Source: Candidatus Zhuqueibacterota bacterium
Lineage (GTDB): Bacteria > Zhuqueibacterota > Zhuqueibacteria > Zhuqueibacterales > Geothermadaptataceae
Direction of reading: 5' to 3'
Assembly (NCBI GenBank): GCA_030950365.1
Contig: JAUZRQ010000091.1
Coordinates: 20,820-84,819 of the forward strand
DNA: 64,000 nucleotides
In this document: positions 24,760-33,546 of the stretch, one piece after another
How the letters are laid out: every line of letters begins with the position of its first letter
Position numbering within the stretch: position 1 is the first letter of the stretch
Notes under the pieces: model-generated
Told to the model about the DNA's origin: nothing
What the model saw: only the letters and a program-made list of their open reading frames with translations
The model's database searches: none
Translations under genes and position numbers: made by a program

Positions 24760-25812
24760 TCAGAACCGTTCTTGCATTTTCCCCTGAATATCCTGCATAA
24801 ACTCCTGCAAACGTTCCAGGGAGAGGTGCACACCAATTTCCAGAACCAGAACCGGTACCTTGTCGGTTTTCGCCATGGGCTCCAGCTTGATCCAGTCCTT
24901 GCCGGTGGTCACCACAAAATCCGCCCCAGTCACGCGCCACGCCTGCCGGAGCTGTCGCCAATCGTTTTCCTTATATACATAATGATCCCGAAAGGCGAAT
25001 TTCTGCACCATGTCTGCGCCCAGAGTTGTCAGCATGTCAAAAAACCTGGCTGGCCGGGCAATGCCGGCCACGGCCACGACCCGGGCCTTCTTTAAAATGT
25101 CGGTTGCATGATGCCGCTGTTTGAGCGGCTCCCAAACGCCCGTCGGCGCAAACTCGATGAACGCCGTGGGACCGGCGAAATAGGGTTGCCACGGCTGCCG
25201 TTGAGCGTCCACGGTTTGGCCGGAAATCCAGAGCCAGTGGGCGCGCCGGAGTGAACGCAGCGGCTCCCGGAAAAATCCGGCCGGCAAAAGATGCGGCGCC
25301 GCCCGATACTGCGCCGGGTCGAACAGCACCAGGTCGAGATCCCGGCGCAACCGGCGATGCTGAAAACCGTCATCGAGCAGGATCACCCGCACGCCGAAAT
25401 CGCGCACCAGGATCCGGCCGCCCCGCACCCGGTCTTCATCGACCACCACAGGCACCTGCTGGGTGCGCAACGCCAGCCAGTACGGCTCGTCGCCGACTTC
25501 CTGTGGGGTGCACAGCGGCCCCTCGCCGCGGGAAACCAGCACCGTGCCGCGTGTACGCCGGCCGTAGCCGCGAGACAAAATGCCCACGCGAACCCCGGCG
25601 CGCGTGAGTTCCTGGCTTAAAAACAGCGTCACCGGAGTTTTGCCCGTGCCGCCGACCGAAATATTGCCGACGCTGATCACCAGCGCCTCCACCGCATGGT
25701 TTTCCAACCATCCGCGGTCATACGCGGCATTTCGCAGGGCAATGCCCAGGCCGTACAACAGCGAAAGCGGCCACAGCACTGCTTGCACGAGCTTATTTTC
25801 AAAAATAGGCAT
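24760..25812 (-). CDS. lpxK: Tetraacyldisaccharide 4'-kinase
   Basis: The N-terminal membrane helix, then VISVGNISVGGTGKTP (P-loop), is the typical LpxK signature. Lies in a lipid A gene cluster. Confidence 0.9.
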   Translation of the reverse strand: MPIFENKLVQAVLWPLSLLYGLGIALRNAAYDRGWLENHAVEALVISVGNISVGGTGKTPVTLFLSQELTRAGVRVGILSRGYGRRTRGTVLVSRGEGPLCTPQEVGDEPYWLALRTQQVPVVVDEDRVRGGRILVRDFGVRVILLDDGFQHRRLRRDLDLVLFDPAQYRAAPHLLPAGFFREPLRSLRRAHWLWISGQTVDAQRQPWQPYFAGPTAFIEFAPTGVWEPLKQRHHATDILKKARVVAVAGIARPARFFDMLTTLGADMVQKFAFRDHYVYKENDWRQLRQAWRVTGADFVVTTGKDWIKLEPMAKTDKVPVLVLEIGVHLSLERLQEFMQDIQGKMQERF

Positions 25813-26458
25813 CTGCCTGGCGTTCCTGCTCGATCATTTTCTGTTCCATTTGCCGGCGGAAGGCCTCGAAGGCTTCGCCTTCCAGATCGGCAGGCACGGC
25901 GATGGGCTCGGAATAGATCGCCACACTGCGGCTGAAAGGCTTCCATAAATAAAACCGATCCCAGGAGCGGAATTGCACATAGCGGCTGGAGGCATAGGTG
26001 AGCAACAACAGGTAGGCGCCGGATTTGCTGGCTAGCGAGATGGCGCCGGGCTTGAACACATGGCGCGGGCCGGTGGGGCCGTCCGGCATAATGGCGGCGG
26101 CCGCGCCGTGGCGCAGCGCTTCCAGCATTTGCCGGCTGGCGCGCTTGCCACCGCGGGTGCTGGAGCCGCGGATGGTGCCAAATCCGAGCTTGCGGATCGT
26201 TTGCGCAATCATCTCGCCGTCGCGGTGCTCGCTGACCATAACCTGAATGTTCTGCCGCCGGTGGATGAACACCGGCAGCAAGATACGGCCGTGCCACACG
26301 CAAATGATGAATGGTTTTCCGCTTTCGCGCAATTGGAGAAAATGTTCCCGGCCGATGTATGTGATGCGCGTCAGGTGCCCGTAGAACAGGATGAACAGCC
26401 AGCCCAGTTTGGTGGCCATAAAAAAGATCAATCGGTCCTTTAATTTGCTTATTGGCAT
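25799..26458 (-). CDS. DUF374-type lysophospholipid-acyltransferase-like protein
   Basis: The track ORF 25799..26860 is trimmed to ATG 26458 (MPISKLKDRLIFFMATKLGW...). The discarded upstream 134 aa are Arg/Gly/Ala-rich and overlap lpxB. Motifs VWHGRILL and IMPDGPTGP are typical of DUF374 proteins found next to lpxK/waaA. Confidence 0.75.
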   Translation of the reverse strand: MPISKLKDRLIFFMATKLGWLFILFYGHLTRITYIGREHFLQLRESGKPFIICVWHGRILLPVFIHRRQNIQVMVSEHRDGEMIAQTIRKLGFGTIRGSSTRGGKRASRQMLEALRHGAAAAIMPDGPTGPRHVFKPGAISLASKSGAYLLLLTYASSRYVQFRSWDRFYLWKPFSRSVAIYSEPIAVPADLEGEAFEAFRRQMEQKMIEQERQADAYF

Positions 26459-27594
26459 ACCATCTCCGCAGCAATTTTCGCCACCCGCTCGGAAGCGCCC
26501 GGCGTGCCCAACTTTTCCCGCACGGTTCGCAATTTCTGTCGCATTTCCGCCAGCCGCGACGGATGCTGCAGCAGTGCGAGCATCTCGCTGGCGACCACAT
26601 CCGGCTGAAACGCATCCTGAATGAATTCTGGCACCACGCGTTCGCCGGCCACGATGTTGGCCAGCCCGATGTGATCCAATTTCACCAAACGCCGGCCGAT
26701 GGCGTAGGTCAGCCGCGACACCCGGTACACGATCGCCATGGGAGTGCCAAAGCAGGCCGTTTCCAGCGTAGCCGTGCCGGATGACACCAAGCACAGCGTG
26801 GCATGCTGCATGATGGCGTAGGTTGCGTGGTTCACCAGCGTCGCCCGCACCGACGGCCACTGCTGCAAGAACGGCCGGTAAAACGCCTCGTTCAGGTCCG
26901 GGGAGACCGAAACCACCACCTGCAATCCCGGATGCTGCTTCTGCATGATTTCCGCCGTGGCGAGCATGTCCGGCAGCAACCGGCGGACCTCCTGCTGCCG
27001 GCTGCCGGGCAACAATCCGAGAATCGGCACCTGATCGGCCAGATTGAATTTCTTGAAAAAGGCCGCTTTCGAGAGCTCCGGTTGCAGCCGCTCCAGCAAT
27101 GGATGGCCGACAAAGGTGGTTTTGAGCCCGGCTTGCTGAAAAATGGGCACCTCGAACGGGAACACCACGGCGAGGTGATCGATGATGCGCGCCATTTTAG
27201 GAATGCGTTTCGCACCCCAGGCCCACACCTGCGGCGCGATGTAATACAGCACCGGCACCCCGGCCTGGTGCAGCCGCCCGGCCAGGCGCAGGTTGAAGCC
27301 GGGATAATCGATCAAAATGGCGCAGGCGGGCCGCCGCTGGCGCACTTCCTGTTCGATGTGCCGGAACACGCGCCGCAAAAACGGCAGATGCTTCACCACT
27401 TCGGTAAAACCGATGATCGCCATTTCGCGGGTGGTGTACAACTGCTCCTGTCCGGCTGCCAGCATTTGCTCCCCGCCGATACCGAACACGGCGTAATCCG
27501 GCAAAATCTGCTTGAGGGCGCGTACCACGCCGGCGCCATGCGCATCCCCGGACGGCTCACCGGCAATCATCAAAATATGCTTCGCGTCGCTCAT
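26449..27594 (-). CDS. lpxB: Lipid-A-disaccharide synthase
   Basis: MSDAKHILMIAGEPSGDAHGA... is the canonical LpxB N-terminus. ATG 27594 forms an ATGA overlap with the upstream stop. The track start 27609 is a GTG. Confidence 0.9.
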   Translation of the reverse strand: MSDAKHILMIAGEPSGDAHGAGVVRALKQILPDYAVFGIGGEQMLAAGQEQLYTTREMAIIGFTEVVKHLPFLRRVFRHIEQEVRQRRPACAILIDYPGFNLRLAGRLHQAGVPVLYYIAPQVWAWGAKRIPKMARIIDHLAVVFPFEVPIFQQAGLKTTFVGHPLLERLQPELSKAAFFKKFNLADQVPILGLLPGSRQQEVRRLLPDMLATAEIMQKQHPGLQVVVSVSPDLNEAFYRPFLQQWPSVRATLVNHATYAIMQHATLCLVSSGTATLETACFGTPMAIVYRVSRLTYAIGRRLVKLDHIGLANIVAGERVVPEFIQDAFQPDVVASEMLALLQHPSRLAEMRQKLRTVREKLGTPGASERVAKIAAEMVCQ

Positions 27595-28166
27595 CCCAGC
27601 CATTTCCACCGCGCATAAATGGCCAGACTCACGATCACATAGGTCATCAACGTATCACGCTCGGTGCGCAGCGCACGCGCCCAGCTCATCACCTGCACAT
27701 CGTGTTTTTTGAACGGGGTCAATCGCGGAATGGCGCGTGGCACCTGTTTGCAATATTCAGCATAGATTTCGCCAAACGTCTTGCGCAGATACTCCTCTTC
27801 CAGCGAAACGATCATGCCGTATTGCAGAAAAAACAATCCCCAGAACACCAGCAGCATCCAAGGCATCCAGGCCCAGGCCATAATTACCAGACCGGTTCCC
27901 AGAAAAAAATTGCCCAGGTACAGCGGATTGCGCACGTAAGCAAACGGGCCGTGGGTGATCAGATCATCGCCGCCCACGCCGCTGGTGGTGCGCGTGGCGC
28001 CGCCGGCGTGGCGCACCGCCCAGGTGCGGAGCACCTCGCCCAGGATCACCAGCAGCAGGCCGGCCGTATAGGTGGTGGCCGTGGGTTCGGCAAAAATCAG
28101 CAGCGCAATCAGCAGCGGAATCGGCGTGTAACTGCGGTAATTGAAGAAAACCTCTCGAATGTCCAT
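27591..28166 (-). CDS. ICMT/PEMT-family membrane methyltransferase (LmtA-like candidate)
   Basis: Start trimmed to ATG 28166, which has a GAGGTGA RBS. Polytopic, with the motif HGPFAYVRNPLYLGNFF characteristic of the isoprenylcysteine carboxyl methyltransferase family. Confidence 0.75.
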   Translation of the reverse strand: MDIREVFFNYRSYTPIPLLIALLIFAEPTATTYTAGLLLVILGEVLRTWAVRHAGGATRTTSGVGGDDLITHGPFAYVRNPLYLGNFFLGTGLVIMAWAWMPWMLLVFWGLFFLQYGMIVSLEEEYLRKTFGEIYAEYCKQVPRAIPRLTPFKKHDVQVMSWARALRTERDTLMTYVIVSLAIYARWKWLG

Positions 28167-28173
28167 TCTCACC

Positions 28174-29160
28174 TCAATCGGTCGATTGGCGTTTGATAAT
28201 CTCGGAAATTTGCGTGGCCACAGCCAGGGCGTTGCGGCCATCCTCGGCGGTCACCCGCGGCCGGCGGCCGTTCAGGATGGCCTGCACAAATTCCTCGAGC
28301 TCGATTTGCAAGGCGTTGCCTTCCGGCGCCTGCAGCCGTTCGTAATATACGTAGCGCGTGCGTTTGCCTTCCAGCTTGCCCATAATCACTCCGGTCGGCT
28401 CGCTCTCGGGCAAATTGGCCACCAACCGAAAGCGCTCGGTGATACCCTGCAAAAAATCAATAGAAATGTAACTATCCTTTTCGAACAGCCGCATTTTGCG
28501 CATCTTCTTTTGCGAGATGCGGCTGGCCGTGACATTGGCCACGCAGCCGTTGGCAAACGTGATGCGCGCATTGGCGATGTCAGGCTCGTCCGAGATTACC
28601 GCCACCCCGTTGGCCTCGATGCGCACCACCGGACTCTTGACCAGGGTCAAAATGATATCGATATCGTGAATCATCAGATCCAGCACCACGGCCACATCGG
28701 TGCCGCGCGGATTGAACGTGGCCAGCCGGTGCGATTCGATGAAGCGCGGACCCAGCGGCACCGTGGACAGGGCGCGCATGGCCTGATTGAACCGCTCGAT
28801 ATGCCCCACCTGAATCAAGCAGCCATGCTCACCGGCCAGCCGGATCAGTTCATCGGCTTCGGCGAGCGATGAGGTGATCGGCTTTTCAATAAACACGTGC
28901 TTGCCCTGCCGCAGCGCTTCGGCGGCGACTTCAAAATGGCGCGTCGTCGGTACGACCACATTCACGGCATCCGCTTCGGCAAGCAAGTCGGCATAACTAT
29001 CAAATGCCCGGCAGCCGGCTTCCAGCGCCACGGCGCGGGCGGTCTCCTGCGAGATGTCGAACACTCCGGCGAGCTGAGCGTGCGGCACCTTGTTGTACAG
29101 CAGGGCATGCAATCGCCCGAGATGCCCCACCCCCACCACACCCACACGAACCGATTTCAT
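28174..29160 (-). CDS. Gfo/Idh/MocA-family NAD-dependent oxidoreductase (GnnA-like candidate)
   Basis: N-terminal Rossmann VRVGVVGVGHLGRLH and the EKP motif (FIEKPI). AGGAGG RBS. First gene of the lipid A cluster. Confidence 0.8.
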   Translation of the reverse strand: MKSVRVGVVGVGHLGRLHALLYNKVPHAQLAGVFDISQETARAVALEAGCRAFDSYADLLAEADAVNVVVPTTRHFEVAAEALRQGKHVFIEKPITSSLAEADELIRLAGEHGCLIQVGHIERFNQAMRALSTVPLGPRFIESHRLATFNPRGTDVAVVLDLMIHDIDIILTLVKSPVVRIEANGVAVISDEPDIANARITFANGCVANVTASRISQKKMRKMRLFEKDSYISIDFLQGITERFRLVANLPESEPTGVIMGKLEGKRTRYVYYERLQAPEGNALQIELEEFVQAILNGRRPRVTAEDGRNALAVATQISEIIKRQSTD

Positions 29161-29238
29161 TCCTCACCTCCTGATTGAATTCGCCGCTAAATTTACACGC
29201 ACGTCACCCTCATTGCAACTTCTTTTTTCTTTTGCTGC

Positions 29239-29267
29239 TTGACTGCCCCCGCCGTGGCAGTTATATT
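29239..29267 (+). promoter_or_regulatory. Sigma-70-type promoter candidate (TTGACT-17-TATATT)
   Basis: TTGACT at 29239-29244, a 17-nt spacer, then TATATT at 29262-29267. It lies about 250 nt upstream of ATG 29518. Confidence 0.45.
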
Positions 29268-29517
29268 AGTCCTGTTTTGCGAGTATATACACAGACAATA
29301 ACCGGGCAAACGTGGAGTGGAATTTCCTTTCAATCCCGGGAGCCATTGTCTGGCAGTCTTGCGAGCTTTGGAGGGATGTAAACCGCTTCCATCTTTTCTG
29401 CATGCTCCGTGGCTCTGCAAGCGATAATTGTTGTTTGCCACGGTCGAGAAAAATCAGCCCCTTGCTGCCACACACGGCGCGGGCGGTAGGATGACACCGA
29501 GCAGGAGACCCAATGCC

Positions 29518-31491
29518 ATGAACCGATTCCTTGCCGGAATATTATTTTCGCTGCTGTTGATTTCCGCCTGTTCCACCTCCAGGTACGATCACGAGCTCGA
29601 AACGATTTTGCGGCTGGCCGATCGCCGCATGCCGGTGGACAGCTTGCGAGCGTTTCTGCAGCATCCGGCCAAAGCGGTGCGCAAGCAGGCCATCGTGTCC
29701 CTGGGACAAATGCTGGATACGGCGGCGGTGCCACTGATTCTTCCTTTCGTGCAGAATCCCGACGCGGCGCTGCGCGTGGAAGCCGTGTTTGCGCTGGGAC
29801 AGCTCGGCACCTCTGCGGCCATCCGCGCCCTGCACGAACGCTGGCCGATGGAAAAAGATGCCGAAGTCCGGCAAACCCTGATTCAGGCGCTGGGCAAGAT
29901 CGGCAGCACTGAATCGCTCGACCTGCTGCACGATGCCCTGCGCGATCCACTGCCCATCATCCGCGGCGAGGCCGCGGTGGCGCTGGGCATTATGGGCTAC
30001 CGCAAGGTGCCATTGCCATCGCAGGCGGCGGTTCTGGCTCTCCTGCTCGAAGAGACCCTGCCCGAAGTGCGCTGGCGGGCCATGTTCGCACTCATGCGGC
30101 TGGCAGACACCAGTGCAGCGGCGCTCATGATTAAGGGGCTCGAAGATGTGGACGCACGCGTGCGCATGAACGCCGCCCGCGGACTGGGCAACATTCGGGC
30201 AACCCTTGCCGTGGAGCCGCTGACTCGCGTGGCGCAAAACGACCCCGATTGGCGCGTGCGCGTGAATGCCACACGGACTCTGGGCGCCATCGCCCCGGCG
30301 GATGTGGCCGGGCGCCTGCCGTTCGATGACGGCAATGAACATGTTCGGCTCAGCACCTTGCTGGCGCTGGAAACGGCCATTTCGCAACGCGGTGAGGCCC
30401 TTCTCGACCGCGAGCGGATCAACGCGCTTTTATCGGCCCGGCTGGCCCGCGCGGACTCGAGCTGGCGGGAAGCTGCAGCCGCCGCCAACGCTTACGCAGT
30501 CCTGAACGGCGCGTCGGCGTTCGAGCGGCTGGCCGCGCTGAGCGGCCATCCGAATCCGTATTTTCGCGCCCAACTGGCCGAAGCGCTGTCTAAAACCAAG
30601 CATCCCGGAACGTTGTCCGCGCTGCATTCGATGTACGAGGCCGGGCCGGGGGTGGTGAAAGTGCATGTGCTGTATGCGCTGGCGCGGCTTCCGTTCAAAC
30701 AGCGGTTGCCGCTGTTCCGGACGGCGCTGGCCGAAAACGACGCCGTGCTCACGGCCATTGTTGCCGGACAGATGGCCGAGGCGCCCAAAGCGGCGCGCCC
30801 GCTGGCCGGGGATCTGCTGGCCGCGTTTCAAAAACTGCCAGCGCCGGTGGATGTGGAAGCCGCCGCCATGATTTTTGATGCGTTTGCGAAATTGCAGTTG
30901 CGGCAGGCCGTGCCGGTGTTGGAACAGCAACTGACCGTGCAGGACAGGCCCTACGCCCGCGCCGCGGCACGGGCGTTGCAAGCGCTCACGGGCCGGTCTT
31001 ACGCCGACCGGCTGCCGCGCGAAACCCGGCCGCACCTCGAGTTCAGCTACGACGACATCAAAGCGCTGCGCGGCAAAGTGGCCGTGCTGCAAACCGAAAA
31101 AGGTGCCATCGAAATCGAGCTGTTTCCACAGGATGCGCCGCTGACCACGCTGAACTTCGTCCGGCTGGCGCAAAAGGGCTTTTTCAACGGCCTGAATTTT
31201 CACCGCGTGGTGCCCAACTTCGTCATCCAGGGCGGTGATCCGCGCGGCGACTCGTGGGGCTCGCCCGGTTACAGCATTCGCTCGGAGTTCAACCGGCACC
31301 GCTATTTCCGCGGTATGGTGGGCATGGCCTCGGCCGGTCCAGATACCGAAGGCTGCCAGTTTTTCATCACTCACAGCGAACAACCGCATCTCGACGGACG
31401 CTACACCGTTTTCGGCCGCGTCAAATCCGGCCGCGACGTGCTGGATGCCATTCAGGTCGGCGATCGCATCCTGTCCGTGGAGATTCGCTGA
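29518..31491 (+). CDS. Lipoprotein with HEAT-repeat array fused to a cyclophilin-type peptidyl-prolyl isomerase
   Basis: Start set at ATG 29518, giving MNRFLAGILFSLLLISAC (lipobox). Many HEAT-like repeats follow (DPDAALRVEAVFALGQLG, and similar). The C-terminus FHRVVPNFVIQGGDP...GCQFFIT is the cyclophilin signature. Confidence 0.85.
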   Translation: MNRFLAGILFSLLLISACSTSRYDHELETILRLADRRMPVDSLRAFLQHPAKAVRKQAIVSLGQMLDTAAVPLILPFVQNPDAALRVEAVFALGQLGTSAAIRALHERWPMEKDAEVRQTLIQALGKIGSTESLDLLHDALRDPLPIIRGEAAVALGIMGYRKVPLPSQAAVLALLLEETLPEVRWRAMFALMRLADTSAAALMIKGLEDVDARVRMNAARGLGNIRATLAVEPLTRVAQNDPDWRVRVNATRTLGAIAPADVAGRLPFDDGNEHVRLSTLLALETAISQRGEALLDRERINALLSARLARADSSWREAAAAANAYAVLNGASAFERLAALSGHPNPYFRAQLAEALSKTKHPGTLSALHSMYEAGPGVVKVHVLYALARLPFKQRLPLFRTALAENDAVLTAIVAGQMAEAPKAARPLAGDLLAAFQKLPAPVDVEAAAMIFDAFAKLQLRQAVPVLEQQLTVQDRPYARAAARALQALTGRSYADRLPRETRPHLEFSYDDIKALRGKVAVLQTEKGAIEIELFPQDAPLTTLNFVRLAQKGFFNGLNFHRVVPNFVIQGGDPRGDSWGSPGYSIRSEFNRHRYFRGMVGMASAGPDTEGCQFFITHSEQPHLDGRYTVFGRVKSGRDVLDAIQVGDRILSVEIR

Positions 31492-31687
31492 CGGGGAGAC
31501 GCTTTCCGGGATTGGCAGAATACAAACCCGGCGCTGCGACTTTGTTGCCCCCCATTTCCGTGGGAAGTACGGCAAAAAAGCCAATCTCGGTCCCAATCGG
31601 CCGGCCTGGCGGTGATGGCAACGCATTGCAATTGAAGCCCTTAAAAATTTTCAATCAACGCAACCTTACAACAGGAGACGCATCAGG

Positions 31688-32515
31688 ATGAACAGCATCA
31701 TGAAAAATATGGCTTTGGCATTTTTGACCGTTTTGCTCATACAGGCCTGCGGATCCCCGGAGCCGGCTCAACTGCCCCAGAAGCGGCAGTTTGATCCGGC
31801 TCGGTCCGATGGTCGCGCCATCGCCTGGGCGGACAACGTGATGCAGGCGGTGGGCGCCGGCGACGCTTTCGGGAAAATCCGCTATATCCGCTTTCATTTC
31901 GTGCTTCGCGAAAAGGATACCGTGCGCGTCGATCGCGCGCACTGGTGGAACCGCCAGACCGACGACTACAAAATCGAGTGGTTTGATCCCATGGGCAATC
32001 AATACACCGTGCTGCTCAACTTACGCACGGGGCAGGGGGAGGCGTGGTTCAACCGGAAGCCAGTGGCGGATTCCCTGCAGTCGCGAACGCTGCTACAGCG
32101 CGCCTATGCCAGCGTGATCAACGACACGTATTGGCTGCTGATGCCATTCAAGCTGAATGATCCGGGCGTCATTTTGAGCTATGAGGGCGAAACGGAGGTT
32201 GATGGTCAGAAACGGATTGTGATCCGGCTGGCGTTTGACAATGTGGGTCTCACGCCACAAAACCAGTATCGCATCTACATCGACCCGGAAACGCATCTGG
32301 TGCGGCGGTGGGATTTTCTCAAAACGCCGGATGCGGAGCCACGCCCGGCCCTGTGGCTGGACTGGCAGGAATGGCAAGGAGTGAAAATCGCGCGTAAGCG
32401 ACAGTTTTTGCAAAAACCGATCACTATCACCTTCGAACAGGTGCGGCTCGATACCGTTGTGGATGCGAGCGCCTTTTTGCCGCCGGACAGCCCGCCGGAG
32501 GTGACGAAAAAATAA
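31688..32515 (+). CDS. Hypothetical lipoprotein
   Basis: Signal peptide with lipobox (LLIQAC). No recognisable motif otherwise. Confidence 0.6.
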   Translation: MNSIMKNMALAFLTVLLIQACGSPEPAQLPQKRQFDPARSDGRAIAWADNVMQAVGAGDAFGKIRYIRFHFVLREKDTVRVDRAHWWNRQTDDYKIEWFDPMGNQYTVLLNLRTGQGEAWFNRKPVADSLQSRTLLQRAYASVINDTYWLLMPFKLNDPGVILSYEGETEVDGQKRIVIRLAFDNVGLTPQNQYRIYIDPETHLVRRWDFLKTPDAEPRPALWLDWQEWQGVKIARKRQFLQKPITITFEQVRLDTVVDASAFLPPDSPPEVTKK

Positions 32516-32584
32516 ACAGCGCCGTCCGACGCTGAAAGCCAGATGGACAAATTGCCTCTTTTCCTCTGGAAGGCCCCTCACTTT

Positions 32585-32634
32585 CGCGCAGGCGGGGCCC
32601 CAAGTGTTGTTCCTATTGGATGCCCGCCTGCGCG
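32585..32634. repeat. Perfect 12-bp inverted repeat between convergent genes
   Basis: cgcgcaggcggg (32585-32596) and cccgcctgcgcg (32623-32634) are exact reverse complements separated by 26 nt. Confidence 0.6.
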
Positions 32635-32723
32635 GAACTGCCCTACCTCAGGACTGCTTCGGCATTCTTCGGTCCCTTCGTCAAGCGCATTGAGATGGAT
32701 TTCTGCTAAACGGCTCTCCGCAG

Positions 32724-33371
32724 TCATTCAGCCGCCAGCTCCCGCACCGTGTCATCAATCGTGCCGATCATGTCTTCCAGCCAGTCGATGTCGCGGTACA
32801 CATCGCGGTGATCCGTATCGATCACCAACACACGATGTCGACCGGACATGCGCTCGGCCCATTTATCATACAGCATGTTGAGCTGCATCAAATACTCTTT
32901 GTCGATGATCTGCTCGTAATCGCGGCCGCGCTTGCGGATGCGGCTGATCAGCGTCCAGATCGATGCTCGCAGATAAATGATCAAATCCGGCGCGCGCAAA
33001 AACTGCTGAATCGTCTCATAAAAATCCCAGTACACCGAAAAATCGCGCTCGGCCATCACGCCGCGCTCATACAGATTGCGTGCAAAAATCTCGGCATCCT
33101 CAAAAATGGTACGGTCCTGGATGCAGGTTTTTTCGAGATGCTGGATATTAAGATGATCCTTTAAGCGCTCTTTCAAAAAAAAGATTTGCGATTGAAACGC
33201 CCACTGCCGCATGTCCAGATAAAAATCGGCCAGATAGGGATTTTCCACCACCTTTTCGTAAAACGGCTGCCAGCCGAAGCGGTCGCACAGCATTTCGGTG
33301 AGGGTGGTCTTCCCCACGCCGATATTGCCGGCAATGGCGATGTATAGCGGTTTCGGTTCTCTTTCAGCCAT
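32724..33371 (-). CDS. Deoxynucleoside kinase
   Basis: IAIAGNIGVGKTT P-loop followed by FYEKVVENPYLADFY, typical of the dAK/dGK family. ATG 33371 is preferred over the TTG at 33377. Confidence 0.85.
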   Translation of the reverse strand: MAEREPKPLYIAIAGNIGVGKTTLTEMLCDRFGWQPFYEKVVENPYLADFYLDMRQWAFQSQIFFLKERLKDHLNIQHLEKTCIQDRTIFEDAEIFARNLYERGVMAERDFSVYWDFYETIQQFLRAPDLIIYLRASIWTLISRIRKRGRDYEQIIDKEYLMQLNMLYDKWAERMSGRHRVLVIDTDHRDVYRDIDWLEDMIGTIDDTVRELAAE

Positions 33372-33546
33372 GTTCAAAGTTTAAAAGTTTTGCATCTATC
33401 TGCAAGCAAAAATATGATACGGCCCGATAAATTTTTGTCCGTTGGTCATTTTTTGAAAACTTTTATCCCGGCCATACGTCCATTGAAAGAGCTTTACCGA
33501 GAAACCCCGAATTCCCGTATGGAATGATTTTCAGTGGAGGTTATTC

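Noticed and set aside
26459-26860. The N-terminal 134-aa extension of track ORF 25799..26860
   Set aside because: The extension is Arg/Gly/Ala-rich and lies entirely inside lpxB in another frame. The DUF374-like homology begins at the internal ATG 26458.
31616-31630. A sigma-54-like TGGCAACGCATTGCA upstream of the 31688 lipoprotein gene
   Set aside because: The GG-to-GC spacing is one nt shorter than the consensus, which is generally non-functional.
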